Source of the DNA: Octopus sinensis
Taxonomy: Eukaryota
DNA: 64,000 nucleotides
Assembly (NCBI RefSeq): GCF_006345805.1
Contig: NW_021832529.1
Coordinates: forward strand, 1-64,000
Reading direction: 5' to 3'
Shown one piece after another: positions 1-14,383 of the stretch. Both the position numbers and the translations under genes were made by a program. The notes beneath the pieces are model-generated. The model was not told the origin of the DNA and made no database searches. It saw only the letters and a list, made by a program, of their open reading frames with translations. The stretch's first letter is position 1; every line of letters starts with the position of its first letter.

Positions 1-499
1 TTATAAAGTTTCTAGATAACATGGAATAACTCTTTTTAGGAATTGGTTCTTGAAGTACACCTAAAACTATAAGTAATATCATATAAATATTGGGTTGAAA
101 AACCCTTTTTTGATAGGAAAAATCAAAGGCTGCCCCTATGAATCGAACCCACATCTCCTGTAGACATGACAAGCATTCTACTGTTGTATGAAAACAATCC
201 TTCGAATTTCTTTATCCATTTTAGAAACTGTATTCTCACCAGTGTCAATTGTATGCTTGTGTGGGTTGGATGGGTTAGCCAACTCTGAGTCAGTTCTTAT
301 TTATGTCCTCTTAGACAAATCAGAATACCATGTCTCTCACTTGTATATTACATTTTTGGCTTGTTTTCTACAGTTGCAGACATTGCAGTAATGATTTCCA
401 TCATTTGGGAGTAGATTAGACCCAGCTATACCCTGTTTTTTTTTTTTTTCCTTCGGGAAGCCTTCTTATCTCCCTCAATACTGCACACCCTCAATTTAG

Positions 500-715
500 G
501 GGTCTTGTCTTGTGAGTTACCTAGAAACTTCACTGTCAGTGCTGCATGAAAGCACCCAGTACACACTGTAAAGTGGCTGGTATTAGAAAGGGTATCAAGC
601 TGTAAAAATCATGCTAAAGCAGACATTTGAGTTTGGCATAGTCTTCTGGCATATCTACTTCTGTCAAACTGTCCAACCCCTGCCAGCATGGGATATGGAT
701 GTTAAATGATGATGG
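500..715 (+). mobile_element. SINE / RTE 3'-terminal module (AAAAGCACCC...GCATCCAGCTGTA...CATGCYAGCATGG...(GAT)n family)
   Basis: Diverged copy of the module repeated at 1665-1985, 9300-9590, 16140-16425, 25445-25955 and 36600-37075; ends in ATGATGATG. Confidence 0.7.
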
Positions 716-849
716 AGAGAAAAATTTCATTTCAAATCGCAAGTGTTAAACACATTGCCAAATTTCTTTTAGCAACATGTTAGATTATTTATATATATAT
801 ATATATGTGTGTGTGTATAATGTAAAGCAGATTGTATGATGCTTGTGTA

Positions 850-1985
850 TGAATGGCTGTACTTCATTGTAGTGGGACAGGGACTCTAAATGCAGAAGAC
901 ATGCATAAACTTGAGAGCAATGAAGCTAGTATGCTGTAATGCACATGTAACATAAATGTGCATGTACAATAAAGTGTAATAAAGATAAAGAAGTGTCAAT
1001 CATTTAAAGTTGATGGCAAATATGGAAGAAGACATGGGATGAAGTAGTGAGGACTGATTACAAGATGTTAGGCTTCACAGACTGAGATGTCTGGTTTTAT
1101 GAGGTTCTTGAGAAGACCCACCCACCTCAGCAAAACTGAATTCTAGAAGTACTGTGTTACACCCATATGTAACATTAAAAAGCTTTTCACACACCTTACC
1201 CTAATAAACGAAACTACATCTCCCCTTCGCCTCTTCCTCACTCCTGCAGCCCAGTTCTGTCCTCACTGCCCCACCCACTGTATCATTGTGATCCTGTTCC
1301 CCCCACCACCACCACTCTGTATAACCAAGGTTTCACTAGTTGCTGCATTCCACCCTCCCTCCTTTGCATTCTCATGAACTCTCTACTCATGCACCCTTAG
1401 CAATGCTCTACCATCGAATTTGTATTCTCATCTCTATACCTTAAGAGTATCTCCTGGCATATCACCACCATCTCTCTCACTCTCGTTCTCTTCCACTCTT
1501 GCTTTCCCTCATTCTCAATTACTCTCTCTATCTCTCTCTCCAACAATGGTAACCATATATCTCTTCTACAGCAAGACACCTACTTCTGACCCTCTTTTAT
1601 ACTCTAATCCCTCATCACCAGGCACAAAGCGACCTCCTTCAATACCATCCCACCTCTCAGAGGATCTTTGTCTTGCAAGTTACTTGGTAACCTCACTGGT
1701 GTTGGTGCCACGTAAAAAGCATTCAGTCCACATTGTAAAGTGGTTGGCATTAGAAAGAGCATCCTGCTGTAAAAGCCATATGCAAAGTAGACCTTACCAG
1801 TGCTGGTGCCATGTGAAAAGCATTCAGTTCACATTGTAAAGTGTTTGACGTTAGGAAAGGCATCCAGCTGTAAAAACCATGCCAAAACAGACAGTGGGGC
1901 TTTGTGTAGTCCTCTGGCTTGCCAGCTCCTGTTGAGCTGTCCAACACATTGGCATGGACAAATGGATGTTAAATTATGATGATAT
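850..1985 (+). mobile_element. RTE LINE 3' remnant with C-rich 3' UTR and terminal module
   Basis: 850-1130 is a degenerate homologue of 36020-36400 (GAAGACATGGGATGAAGTAGTG ~ RKTWDEVV; GAGAAGACCC); terminal module ends at (GAT)n near 1980. Confidence 0.6.
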
Positions 1986-2544
1986 ATGATCCAAATAAGA
2001 GAAAGAAAGACTTTGACACATCTTTAATGATCAGTACCAACTATTTTCTGTACCAACTCTGCTCTGAATGCCAGCTTATGCAAAAGTTTAAAATGAAAAT
2101 TTATGTAATATTTGTGATCTTAGACATTAGAGTAGCACTTCCTCAGACCTTTATCAAATGTGCACTTTTACATGGTGTGTCTGCCAGACTTTGCATTTTG
2201 CTTTTATCAGGAAGAAACAAAAAGTAAATAAAAGCATGGTTAGGGGATGAAAGAAAAAAATGATGACGAAAGAGGACAAGAACATGAAGAAGTTAAAGAT
2301 AGAGAATTGGTAGAAGCAGAAGAAAGAGAAAGCTAAACAAATAGTTGGATGGTAGAAGTGAGCTAGTGTTTACAATTACAAGTAAACCCACAGACGCCAG
2401 TATCAAATTACAATTAATGGGTGAAAAATCATTTCAATTTAGTACAAGCGACAAAATTAAAAAGACTAAAAGGGAAAGAACGATGAAATTAAAAATAATA
2501 ACAATACTAATAATAGGAAAATGATAATCCTTACTACTAAATGA

Positions 2545-2985
2545 TGGGGGAGTGGACTAGTTGATTATATTGACCCCCACTGTTTCACTGGTACTTAATT
2601 TATTGACCCCGAAAGGATGAAAGGCAAAGTCAACCTTGATGGAATGTAAAGACATAAAGCATTTTGCCTGGCATGCTAATGATTCTTGGAGCTCACTGCC
2701 TCAATAATAATAATGATACTATTAATAATAAAGACGATAATACTAGTATTATAAATAATGGCAATAGCAATGATAATAATCCTTTCTACAAGGCCTGAAA
2801 TTTTGGGGAGGAGTCTAGTTGATTACATTGACCCCAGTGTGTGACTGGTACTTATTTTATCAACCCCAAAAGGATGTAAGACAGAGTCAACCGGGGCGGA
2901 ATTTGAACTCCGACTGTAAGGCAGGAAGAGATACCACTAAGCATTTTGCCTGGCATGCTAATGATTCTGCTAGCTCTGTGCCTTA
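2545..2985 (-). mobile_element. Two tRNA-derived SINE copies
   Basis: Reverse complement of the GTTCAAATTCCGCC..GACTTTGCCTTTCATCCTTT.GGGGTC.ATAAA..AAGTACCAG family, also seen at 8960-9140, 12090-12300 and 37110-37430. Confidence 0.7.
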
Positions 2986-2997
2986 ACAACGACAATG

Positions 2998-3110
2998 ATA
3001 ATAATAATAATAACAATAATAATACCACTATTAATAATAATAAAGACAGTAATACTAGTATTATAAATAATGACAATAACAATAATATGAATAATAATAA
3101 TGATAATGTT
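2998..3110. repeat. (TAA)n-rich microsatellite
   Basis: ataataataataacaataataat tract. Confidence 0.85.
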
Positions 3111-3319
3111 CAATAACCACTAAGGGTTCACAAAAACATTGGAGACAGTACAGGGCAATACAATGTGGGGTTACATAAAAGACATGTAAAAAATAAAACT
3201 AACAATGTAAATTATAACAATGAATAATTCCCCAAAAGAAGGAGACTTCTTAGGGCTGCTTGTGGAGATCTCACAAAAACCAGGATTGTGCTGACCACTA
3301 GGACAAGTGTTCTCTTTAC

Positions 3320-3900
3320 ATTGTCCTCCAACTTACAGGTGCATGCTTAGTTGGACCATTCTTGCAGCATTCACCCACCTTTTAGTAAAATTATGGGGAA
3401 GCAGCACTTCCCTTTCCACCCTCACTTTCCATTTCAAGTTAAGCTTAAGAAGTTGAAGGCTTGGCCAAAGAGGAAAGTGTCTGTCTTCAGCCCTTTCAAT
3501 ATGGTTCACCACATAACCTCATTTGCTAAGGCTACCGAGCAAAGAAAGACAATCCTGCCACCTTCCTTCCTTTCGCTTGGAAGTCCTGCCAGTTACCCCC
3601 TGGTAGTACTGCGAAGTCAAGGATTTCTGGAAATTATCCGTAGGCCCTGGCCCAAAAACTTGAAACAGACCGACCAGTTGATTCTCACCAACGCCCAGAA
3701 TCTCCCCGAGAACATCATTGTACTTGCCTGCCACTAACCCTCTATAGAAGGCCGGAGTAGATCTTCCACTGACTGCTTTTCCTGATTGACAGAGGACTGT
3801 GAGCACCTGACAACACTCTATGTCTATGCTTGATTCAAGACTGCAGCTCAGTCAAAGAGACAAACTGGAAAATCCCATCTGAAAAACTATGACCACACCT
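3320..3900 (-). mobile_element. L1/Tx1-like LINE 3' remnant
   Basis: Minus-strand pieces PGP.DNFQKSL and FLCSVALANEVMWWTILKGL..KLNLKWKVRVEREVL...F..RW resemble the post-RT C-terminus of L1/Tx1 ORF2; frameshifted. Confidence 0.5.
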
Positions 3901-4410
3901 ACTCACCATCAAGGAAGCACTGGAGATGTCATAACTTCAGCACATGTTTGTACATCAGTAACCACAGCATGCCCAGCCCTCCATTCAGCAGATTTTTATA
4001 GCAAATGGAGCACCTGAACAAAGGAACTCATTCCTTTCACAAAAAAAACAGAAGGGTGGAAAGTAAGCTAGCAGAAGTATTCTGCTGACCTTAGAATGTG
4101 ACATGCAGAGACATAACAGAAAAGGAGAAAAAGAGGGAAGAAGTTAGTAAGGGGTAGGGTGTGCCTTAAAGAGTTAGAGTAGAAACCTAAAATTAAGGAA
4201 GAAACCAAAATTTGGTTGGGATATTTATAAAATATTTAGTTTTGAATAAACATACAGCTGGTAATGAAATAGGGTGAATTGAAATAAGATACAATTCAAA
4301 ATTAAAATATGTCTCGGAACAGTGGTAGAGTACCAAGACAGAGTTGTAAAATAAGGAGAAAAGTATATAGTGTTGCTATTGCTATATGTAAGAATATAGA
4401 TACTTATATA

Positions 4411-5387
4411 CAGGGGTTGGACAAAATAATGGAAACATCTTAAAATTTCTAACAAATTTATTTTAATATGGGGTAGGACCGCTTTTGGCAGTATTTACAG
4501 CTTGAATTCTATGAGGTATGGACTCATACAAATTTTGATTTGTTTGCAAAGAAATTTTTGTCTATTCTTTAGCTAAATCAGTCTCCAGTTCTTGTAGTGA
4601 TGATGGTGAACGATATCAACTCCTTACTTGTTTTCTTAAAATTCACCATAAATGTTCAATAATATTGAGCTCTGGGGACTGTGGTAGCCAGAGATGTTCA
4701 ACTTCACTAAAATTTTCCTCATGCCATTCAGTAACAATTTTAGCTGTGTGAATTGGTGCATTATCATACTGAAAGAAAATAACATTCTTCTACTGCTCTA
4801 GGGACCAATTCTGTAGGTTTTTACTCCACTCTAAATGCTTTGCAATGTTTGTTTTTGAAAGTAGTAGTTTTCTGATTGCAGCCCTCCCATGCAGCTCCTG
4901 GCGAACAGTTTTTGTGGAAACTGGGTTCTCAAGGTAGTCATTAAGCTCTGCAGTAATTTTGGGAGCTGTACTGTTGTGATCCTCTCTAACAATTCGCATA
5001 AGTGTCTGATGGTCCCCATCTGAAAGTTTTGATTTTCTTCCAGAGTTTTGTTTTGACAAGGAGGTTTTTCCCTCTTTCTCAAAGGCTGTCATTACTTTTG
5101 TGATAGTACTTCTTGATACACCAAACATTTCGTCTGTTTTCATTATGCTAGTGCCTGCCATATGAGCACCAACAATTTGACCTCTTTGAAAGTCCGATAG
5201 ATCTGTCATTTTTAATGAATTTTAATTACCTTTTTATGATGATATCTGAAAAGAAACAGCAATTTTAGCAAAACATTAAGCAACACTAATAATAAATCAA
5301 AACACAAAAATAAACAAGCTTTAGACGGTTTTATAGATATTTCAAAATTATGATGCTAGGTGTTTCCATTATTTTGTCCAACCCCTG
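4411..5387 (-). mobile_element. Internally deleted Tc1 (DD34E) transposon
   Basis: TIRs CAGGGGTTGGACAAAATAATGGAAACA at 4411 and its reverse complement ending 5387; TA on both sides; HTH N-terminus ORF 4790-5209; C-terminal remnant QYDNAPIHTA...PQSPELNIIEHLW; first catalytic D region deleted. Confidence 0.93.
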
Positions 5388-7229
5388 TATATCCATCTGT
5401 TTAGTTTGTTTTGAGCAAAAGCCTCAGAATGTTCTCTTAAAAGCTCCTATGCTTCTTGTTGTCAGCTACCACCTGTCAGTCTCATCTCCCAGTGGAATGG
5501 TTATACAGGTGGAACTCCTTTCAGCTAAGGATAAATATAATAATAATAATAACTTGTGGATGGTAATTCGAAGGCTATCCCACATGTCTATTAGTTAGGA
5601 ATTTTTCATATTCATAAGATATCTATCATAATAATGAGCTTGTTTGTAAGTTTGTCCAAAATCATGCAATAAGAGAGTAGACGTCGGCATAAGTAAGAGT
5701 AAAAAAAAGGGAAGAGACAAAATGGTAATAACAATGAGAGAGGGATTGGTATCAAACACCTCTCGCCCTCTCCCTCTCGCTTTCTCTCTCTGAACAACAG
5801 CCTTTTCACTTTATTGATGAACACTGCCTCGCTCTTTCTCTCACTTTCTATTTACAAATGCGCACACACACTCTCTCTTTGTCTCTCACTCTTTTCACTC
5901 ACTCTCTTTCTCTCTCTCAGCAACATTTTCATTTTTATTCAATGAACACTGATTTTTTTCTGATAAACATTAATAACAATATATAAGATAAGTAAATAAG
6001 ATTTTTGCACCTCAAAATTATATTTTCTGTATATCTATGGATGTTTGACTGTTCTGGAAGATTTTTTTTGTTTAAAAATCTGCAGCAAAGTTAATAGAAT
6101 ATAAGATAAGTAAATATGTAGTAATTTTTAAGTCATAAAATTAAAATATTGTCTATTGAAAGAAAGCTTGATAATTGTAGTGGGCTGGATGTGATGTACC
6201 CACATCCTTTTTTCCAAGCTGAGATTTGAAATCAAGTCTAAGAATTCTCGCTCATTTGATCCACCACTGGCCAAACAAGTGCAAAAGAAATTTCTTTGTC
6301 CTGTCAAAAGTGATCAACGGATTTCCCGTCAACCTATGACCTGAACCGTGTCATTTAAGGTTCAAGTGGACAGGAGGTGACCTACATTGGTAGAAATTAC
6401 TCTTGTGGTATGTCTGTCCTTCTAGCTGTCATGACCATTATAAATACAGTCAGACATATGACAGAGGCAGATAGCCGTCACCAGGCGAGACAGCCAACAA
6501 GTAACTTGCACCAGTCAAGCAGCCAACAAAGAATCACATATTCAGCATGAACAACCCAACACAGTAGCAGTCGCAGAACATAAACAGACACCACCGAATG
6601 ACCAGCGCACACACAGACACAAAACATGTCCAGTTCTACCTCATATATTGGCACAGTATTTCCCCTGTTTATTTTCTTCTTTGCCAACTTGAAGCAAGTT
6701 GGTAATGTCATGTGGTGAATTTTTTGGTGTATCCAAGAAGTAAATGCAAGTGTTGATTAAATAAATTATTTAAAACACAATCCGATGCTTTCCCATTGTT
6801 TTACTTTGATGTCATCCACATGCCTATTTTATCTGCTACCTCAGCATTTTTTGCTACACCATCTCACTACATAATATTGTCTGTTTAAAGAAAGCTAAAT
6901 ATAAAGGGAAGGTGATTATAAATATTTACAAATGCTTGCTGATACAGTGATGTTTGTAAATATTTATGAATGAAGAATTTTGCCAAGGCGGTAAGAGTGT
7001 GAAAGAGACAGAGATAGAGACTGTGTAGATGTTGCTTGGAAAAAAACTCTCTGTGTATGCCATTAATATAATCCTGTGTAATTTTATACTTTGTATGGTT
7101 GTGTATAGAAATATAAACAAATTAACGTACGTACACACACACACAAATATACTCATTTGTTTTGAAGTTTGTAATTTGTTGTATTAAATATATTTATCCA
7201 CCTGCTATGGAGAATGAATCTGATAGAAG

Positions 7230-7610
7230 GCGATGGTTAGCCAGAGAGAGACAAAGGTGAAGAACAGCCAGTCTCACTCAGGAAGAACTGGATGCAAGAA
7301 GATTAAACAATACATTAAGGTTATTAAATCAATCACGAGAAGTGAGACAAGAGAGATGAGTGCAAAATGCAAGAAGACAGGCTCGAAGACGTCAAAATGA
7401 AAAGGAGCACCTAATTGCACAAAGGAGAGATATCCAAAGAAAGGGAGGGCAGCACAAAAGTGCCGAGATGAAACAGAAGAGCAAGCAGCAGTGAGAAGAG
7501 AATATCTAAGAATGAAAGCATCACAAAGACGATGATGAAACAGAAGAGGAAGCAGCATAAAGGAGAGAAATCAATGAGAAGAATGGAAGAATTAAACGAA
7601 CCATCCAAAA
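7230..7610 (+). mobile_element. Degenerate ETEEQAAVRR-type repeats, possibly a Helitron N-terminal (STPR-like) relic
   Basis: Purine-rich repeats translate as ETEEQAAVRREYLRMKASQRR / ETEEEAA*RRE with stops and frameshifts. Confidence 0.35.
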
Positions 7611-8841
7611 CAAGGCAAACTCATTGCTGGTAGGGTTTTCACTAGAAACGTAGTGCTGAAGCAATTACTGAGATAAAGGTTGTAATGTTTTTATTTTGAT
7701 TTTATTATCTGTATCATTTTCATGCTGTCATTTTTGACGGTACGGGTACACAAGTTATCTAAGATTATTCTTAATACACACAAACACAACTCACATAATA
7801 CATATCCACAAGCAATACCACTTGATTCAATAAATGAATACCAGTTGCTTGACCTGCTAGAAATAACAACCGGATCTGTTCAGTTAAGTATGGCTGTGGA
7901 AGTTAAGAAGTTTGCTTTGTAACTAAGTGGTTTTGAGTTTGATCCTGCTGCGCAGCACCTTGGACAAGTGTCTTCTACCTTACCCTCAGGTCAATCAGAG
8001 CTTCTGGAATAAAAACTGGTATATGGAAGCTATATGGATCCCATTAAAGGGGCCATTCTTGGTGATAACGGTAGACTTAATCCTTAACACAACTACCTAA
8101 TCCTTGAGGAACCTTCAACAGAGTCTGCTCTTCTGCTCTGATTTCAGGATAACCTCTTCCCTTCAGTTACATGGGTTCCTGAAATCAATAATGGATACTG
8201 TCCTTCTTCTTAATCATTAAAAAGAAAAAAGCTTCTAATAGTCCCTGAGGAATCAAAGTGAGCCATAATGGCCAATTCTGTTTGCTTGTATTCACTGCAA
8301 TCATCAGTACTGTACACCAACTAAAATGAAATACGTTCCGATAGTCATGATAAGCACTGCATATATACATGTGCAATGTGGGCCCAGACTAGAACTAAAC
8401 CTTAACAACAGTCAAGTCAGTCACTTTATTGACTGATGGACAAAACTACAGGTTTAGTTTGACTGCTAGAAATAGGGAGAAATCTCCCTCAAATCACACC
8501 TTACAGTCTGCTTGGTCAAGGATAACATTGGACTAAACAACTACTGCTACTATTGTTGCAACAGATAAGATTGAAGATATATTTGCTATGTCACCTGGCA
8601 CTCATGAATAATGATTTCTCTGAAACACAAAATCAGAAATGTGGAAGAGAAAATAAAAGTTTTAAGAACTGAAACTTTATCCTTATGTTTCACTCTGTCT
8701 ACTATTTCCCAGTTTCAGTGCATTTATCACTTCCAGTCACCTCATTACTTTTAAATCCTGCCCAATTCACTACCACTCCAATCTTTGTTTTAAACAATAA
8801 TTGAAATTAAACATTTACAGAAGATATTTCTTCTTTTTCAG

Positions 8842-8942
8842 GACTGAATGTCAAGAACAGATAAATGGTTTCTATGGCGCCAAGTTTAAGAAGTTCAGTA
8901 CAGAAGAGGAAGCTCTGGCTTTTGCAGAAATTCCGGCATCAG
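8842..8942 (+). CDS. RNASEH1-like: RNase H1-like exon: hybrid-binding domain
   Basis: ttcag|G ACT GAA TGT...TCA G|gtgaat; ECQEQINGFYGAKFKKF matches the RNase H1 HBD (ECRAQVDRFPAARFKKF). Confidence 0.92.
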
Positions 8943-11900
8943 GTGAATAGAATTTTAGTGCTGTTTGGTATAATCAGTAGAGTGTTGAATGAATATCTTG
9001 TGGTATTTAGCTCAGTTTTTTACGTTCTGAGTTCAAATCCTAGTTAGGTCAATTAACTTTCATCCTTCTGGGGCTCAATAATGGTCCAGTACTGAGATTG
9101 ATATAGTCAGCTGTTCTCTCATTGTGACTTTGTGTCTGTATCAAAAAATAATTATTGTGCAGGTTTGGTTGTGTTGTGAAGAAGCTTGCTTTGCAATCAT
9201 ATGATTTCAGGTTCAGTCCTACTATGCTTGCATTTTGGGCAAGTGTCTTATACTATAGTCCAGGCTGACCAATACCTTGTGAGTGAATTTGGTAAACAGA
9301 ACGTGGCCGATGCCAGCGCCGCCTTGACTGGATTCCGTGCCGGTGGCATGTAAAAAGCACCAATCCAATTGTGGCTGTTGTCAGCCTCACCTGGCACCTG
9401 TGCTGGTGGCACGTAAAAAGCACCCACTACACTCACGGAGTGGTTAGCATTAGGAAGGACATCCAGCTGTAGAAACATTGCCAGATCAGACTGGAGCCTG
9501 GTGCAGCCTTCTGGCTTCCTAGATCCCCGGTTGAACCATCAAACCCATGCTAGCATGGAGAACGGACGTTAAACGATGATGATGATGAAACTGAAGCCCA
9601 TCACACAAAGTGTGTCTGTCTTGTGTTTCTGCTTGACAACCAGAGTTAGTTTGTTTATGTGCCCATAACTTTGTAGTTTGACAAAAGAAACTGATGTAGT
9701 AAGTACCAGACTTTTAAAAAATTAGTACTGGCTCACTTTGTTCAACTAAATCGTTCAAGGCAGTGCATGGCTGCAATCCAAAAGCTGAAACAAATAAAGA
9801 TGAAAGATTGCTGTTGTGGCAGGATTAGTAGTGTCAGACAAAATGCTGTGCAGGTTTTGTTCCATCTCTTTCTATTGTGAGTTTAAATCCCACTATGATA
9901 AACTTTGTCTTTCATTTGTTGAGGGCCAATAAAAATAAAGTTCCAGGTAAGTACTATATTGGGCCACCATTGGTCAAGGCTAACCACATATCTGCTCTCG
10001 TGTATGTTTGAACAAGATTTTTGAAGAAGACTAGCAGATACCTATTCCAGTCACCCCATCAACTTGATGCCCTTGTTATTTGCAACCCTTAAGCAAGGTA
10101 ATATTTTCCCTCATAGCCAGACATGTTTTTCACAGGAGATTAGAGATAAATAGCATTGTTTTAATGATGGAGATGTTCATTTACAATCATCACATCACAC
10201 ACACACAAGGAACTTCTTTTAGTTTCCATCTTACAAATTCATTCATAAAGCTTTCTTTGGCCCAGGACTATAGCAGAAGATATTTGGTCTAGGTGCCACT
10301 GAACCTGAAACCATGTGGATGACTAACAAATTTCTTAAATACACACACACTCTCTCTGTCTCTCAGTGGATATATATTTAATAGTCTTTTCCCATTTTTG
10401 CTCTCCCAAGTAATTAGTGTTTTTTTGTTAATATTATGTAACTAATTTGCTATTTTATTTATATATTAACAGACAAAACTCTCTCCAGTGTAGCAAAATC
10501 TATTCAACCGATTGTGAAAAAACTCATGTCCAGAGTGAAAGAAGTCTCTCCTCTCTGTCAGACACTGGTGTCAATGCTGGCTGATTTGGATGACTCAGAA
10601 GAAAGCAAAGAATTTTCAACATTAGCATGTAATGTTGAAAATGATTTGGCTAAGTTGACAACAAGTGTTAAACTGGCAATTGATTCTAAGCTTTTGACAG
10701 GAACTACTAAGAGGAAGGCTTCTGATTCATCTGAAGACGCATCAGAACCTCCTGAAAAGAAGAAGTGTGTTGAAGAAGAAGGAGGTTTTACTGGTAATGT
10801 ATCATGTTTTCATTCTCCTTTTAAGAGATTGTTAATATTTTATTATTGTTTTTTGTTAATGAAAACTTGCAGCTTATTTTGCTTGGTATGATAAAAAGTG
10901 TCAGCTTCTCCTAGCCAGCAGGCTAAAGTGACACTTGTTTACTGATCATGGTTCAAGAACTCTGTGGAGAACTCTTGCAGTTCCAAGCAATGCTGATTTT
11001 TACAGGTGTTCTATTTTTACATTTGTACCAATCTTCTTGAGCTGTATTGGTATTTGATAACTGCTGATTCTTCCACCTGCACCAATCACTATTTGTATCA
11101 TGTCCACTCTCTCCATTGCCCATAACCTGTGTATTTCCCACTTCAATTCATCATAGTTGTTCACTTTTTCTTTTTCTTTCTCTTCGATCCTGTTATCACC
11201 AGACATGCTTGTCAATTATCAGGCATATTTTATTTTATTTTCTGTTCACCACAACAATGTTAGGTTTCCATTGTCTAATCTGATGATCACACTGAATCAT
11301 TGTATTTCACAGGGTTTTGCAATCTTCATTCGCAGTAATTCCCTCTGAAATTTGGTCATACCATGTCTGATCTTTCTAGGCCATAATTTCCACAAATCTC
11401 CAATGGATCATTCTTGCCTCATTGTCTTGTCGTCTTTGTATTTACAATGTGCTGATTTTGGTTATTCACTAACAATGCACACTGTTTCACTCCTCTCACC
11501 ATTCATTTGGCATTTGTCACTCTTAGTTGTGCTATCAATTTTGCACTTTAAATAGTTTGTCCTCAATGCTTGTTCTTGTGCTGTGCATATAAGTGCTTCT
11601 GTGTCTGTCTTGGAGCTCATATCTCTTGCAAACTGACTGTACTTTTTTTTGTGTTCTTTTCTTCTTTAGATTTCTCTTTCTTAACACAATTATCAATTTT
11701 AATGATTTTGGACTTCTTCACATGTATCAGCAATGGTTCTGTGGTATTTTTTACATATCATCCTAAGCTGCTTTTCTCTGCTTCAACACAATCCCAGCAA
11801 CTGATCAAATCCTTCCCATCCTTTCTTCTGGACAAGTACAACCTATATGTATCACTCTTGGAATAAATTGTTCCATGATCTGTCAATAGTTTCCATGACT

Positions 11901-14341
11901 TCATAATCATACTCATCAGTCAATAGTTTCTGTGTCTTTGAATCCATACTCATCATCATCATCATCATTATTATTATTGCAATCCCTACCAAGATCTACT
12001 TTGCCATTCACCTCTCCATGGTTAATAAAATAATGTACTTGTCAGTTACAAGGCAGGTTTTGTGCCTATACTAGAAACAATTATTATTATTAGGGATTGG
12101 TAGAATCAGTAGAGCATCAAGAAAATTTCTCACATGTGTTTGCTCTGGCTCTTTATGTCCTGAGTTCAAATTCTGCCAATGCCAACTTTGTCTTTCATCC
12201 TTTCAGAGTTGACCTTGAACTCACCAATCAAGTAAGTTTAAGGTCAATGGTTTTGACTAACCTGCTCCCCTCAAAAATGTTGGCCTTGTGCCAAAATTAA
12301 AATCATTGGTATAGTCTCTCACCAACGCTTCTCAGCCTCTGGGTCACAAACATGCTATTCCTTCACTCTGCCTTTTCTACCACTGATGCTGTGGTTTCTG
12401 CTCTTTGGAGCTGGCTGGTCTCAAGCCAATTTCTCTCATCTCTATCTTACTCTCCTCTGCCATATTCTGTCTAACTACTATGCCCAAGCCTACTTCACCA
12501 GGACATCAGTCTTTTGAAATCTACTTGCTACTCTTCTTTTCCTGGAGTTGTATATAAACATAAACCACATTGATCTCATTGGTTTTGGAAGATTTGTCAG
12601 ATATTCGTAGAGCCCTTCCTCACAGTAAAATTGATAAAAAAGAAACAGCTTAACAATTACATTCACTCATTTGTCTCACCCAAATATTCTCCCTAGAGAT
12701 TACACTCTCCATAATTTCTAGCCAGTTCATAGATGATTTATATAAAGAGCCAGGCAACAATATATTTTTTATAATTTCTATAAAGAGCCAAGCTGCAATA
12801 TATTTTTATATATAATTTATGCAAATTTTTTATTTACAGGGAAAAAATTGGCTGATGATGATAAAGATGTTTTCATTGCTGGCAGCTGTCTCAACAATGG
12901 TAAACCTGATGCCTCAGCTGGACTTGGTGTCTACTGGGGAGAAAGAGAAAAGTAAGTTTTTTGTTGTTGTTTTGTTTCTTGTTAGCGCTTGACTAATAGT
13001 CACATAACAACATGGGATGGATGGGGATAGAGCTAGAAATATAGAATGTGGTCCCCCATTTCTATTTATTCTTTGGGAACAGAAGGATTATTGTGCCTTT
13101 ATAGATTTGAATTGTTTCAATATATCGCTTAGTAATGTTTCTATAAGCCATAACCTATCTGTCTTTTGTATATTTAGGACTACTTTATATAGTTTATCTT
13201 TTATGTAAAACAGTAAGGCTGTGATATGATGGGAAGAAACTTAGCAGATTTTCCTAGGAGATTGAGTGGGTAGAAACAACAAGGATGAGGGGGAATAATT
13301 TCTTTGGCATCAAGGAGGAATTGCAAGTGAAAAAGCATCTGTTGGGGTACATCTGTGTTGAGGAAAATAAGGAGTCTCCGATTTTACAAATTTATAGTTA
13401 CGTCACGTTAAATTACTCTTTTGGACTTAAGGGTTGAACTTAGTTTTATATGGGTTTTTTTTAGGTTACATCAGTGGCTGGTTTCAAATTTCACCCTCAG
13501 GTAATGTGTGGTCCATCCATCACATATAGATTCCTTTGTTTGCTCAGTTGAAGATTTTGTCAGTGTCAGGAACAACATTGCCTGGACTGAGTTGCAGTAT
13601 GGTGGTCATATTAAGATAATGGCACCTAATTTACTCCTTTAATTCATGTATATCTTTGTCATAATAAATATCCCTCACCCCTCATACTCTCCATCACAAA
13701 TTAACTGGTAAGTCTTTACTTTATGTATTGAAGTTTGTTAAAATGTTGGTTTGTATATTGATAGGCGTTTCAGGGTGTGAACATTGTATATACTCTTTTT
13801 GTGTATGAATGTGTGTATATAGTGTGTGTAAATGTGTATATTTGTATGTCTGTAAATGTGTATCAGTCGTATCATTTTTGTGAAACCTGTCTTCCAGTTC
13901 GCTTTACTCACCCCTCTCTGCATGTATATTTGTATGAACACAGATTGGCGGGGAGGCCTAGTAGTTAGTGTTGAACTTGTGAATGTGAGATCATTTCCTG
14001 GACTGGGCTGCTTGTTGTGTTCTTGAGTAAAACATTTTGTCTCACGTTGCTCTGCAATCACTTTGACATCTGATGTATGACACATCATCCATCTGTACAA
14101 ACAGTGTCAATTTGATGGAGGGAGTGACCTAATGTGCAGTACAAACTTTTGATCTCTATAAACATCATCTGTGCAGGTGTTTCATTGAGAGTCCATGTAT
14201 GTACAGACACACATATATTTCTCAGCACTATTTTTAACACAAAAATATGAATCGCTATTCTGTTCACATATCTCTTTCTTTCCCCCTCTCTCTCTCTGTT
14301 TGTCTTTCTCTGTATAATGACATGTGTATACACATTCACAC

Positions 14342-14383
<42 letters not shown>

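Noticed and set aside
7716-7765. FHAVIFDGTG as the missing first HBD exon of the RNase H1-like gene
   Set aside because: In-frame TAA follows, there is no GV..W motif and no phase-2 TG|GT donor; the 5' exon was not found in the window
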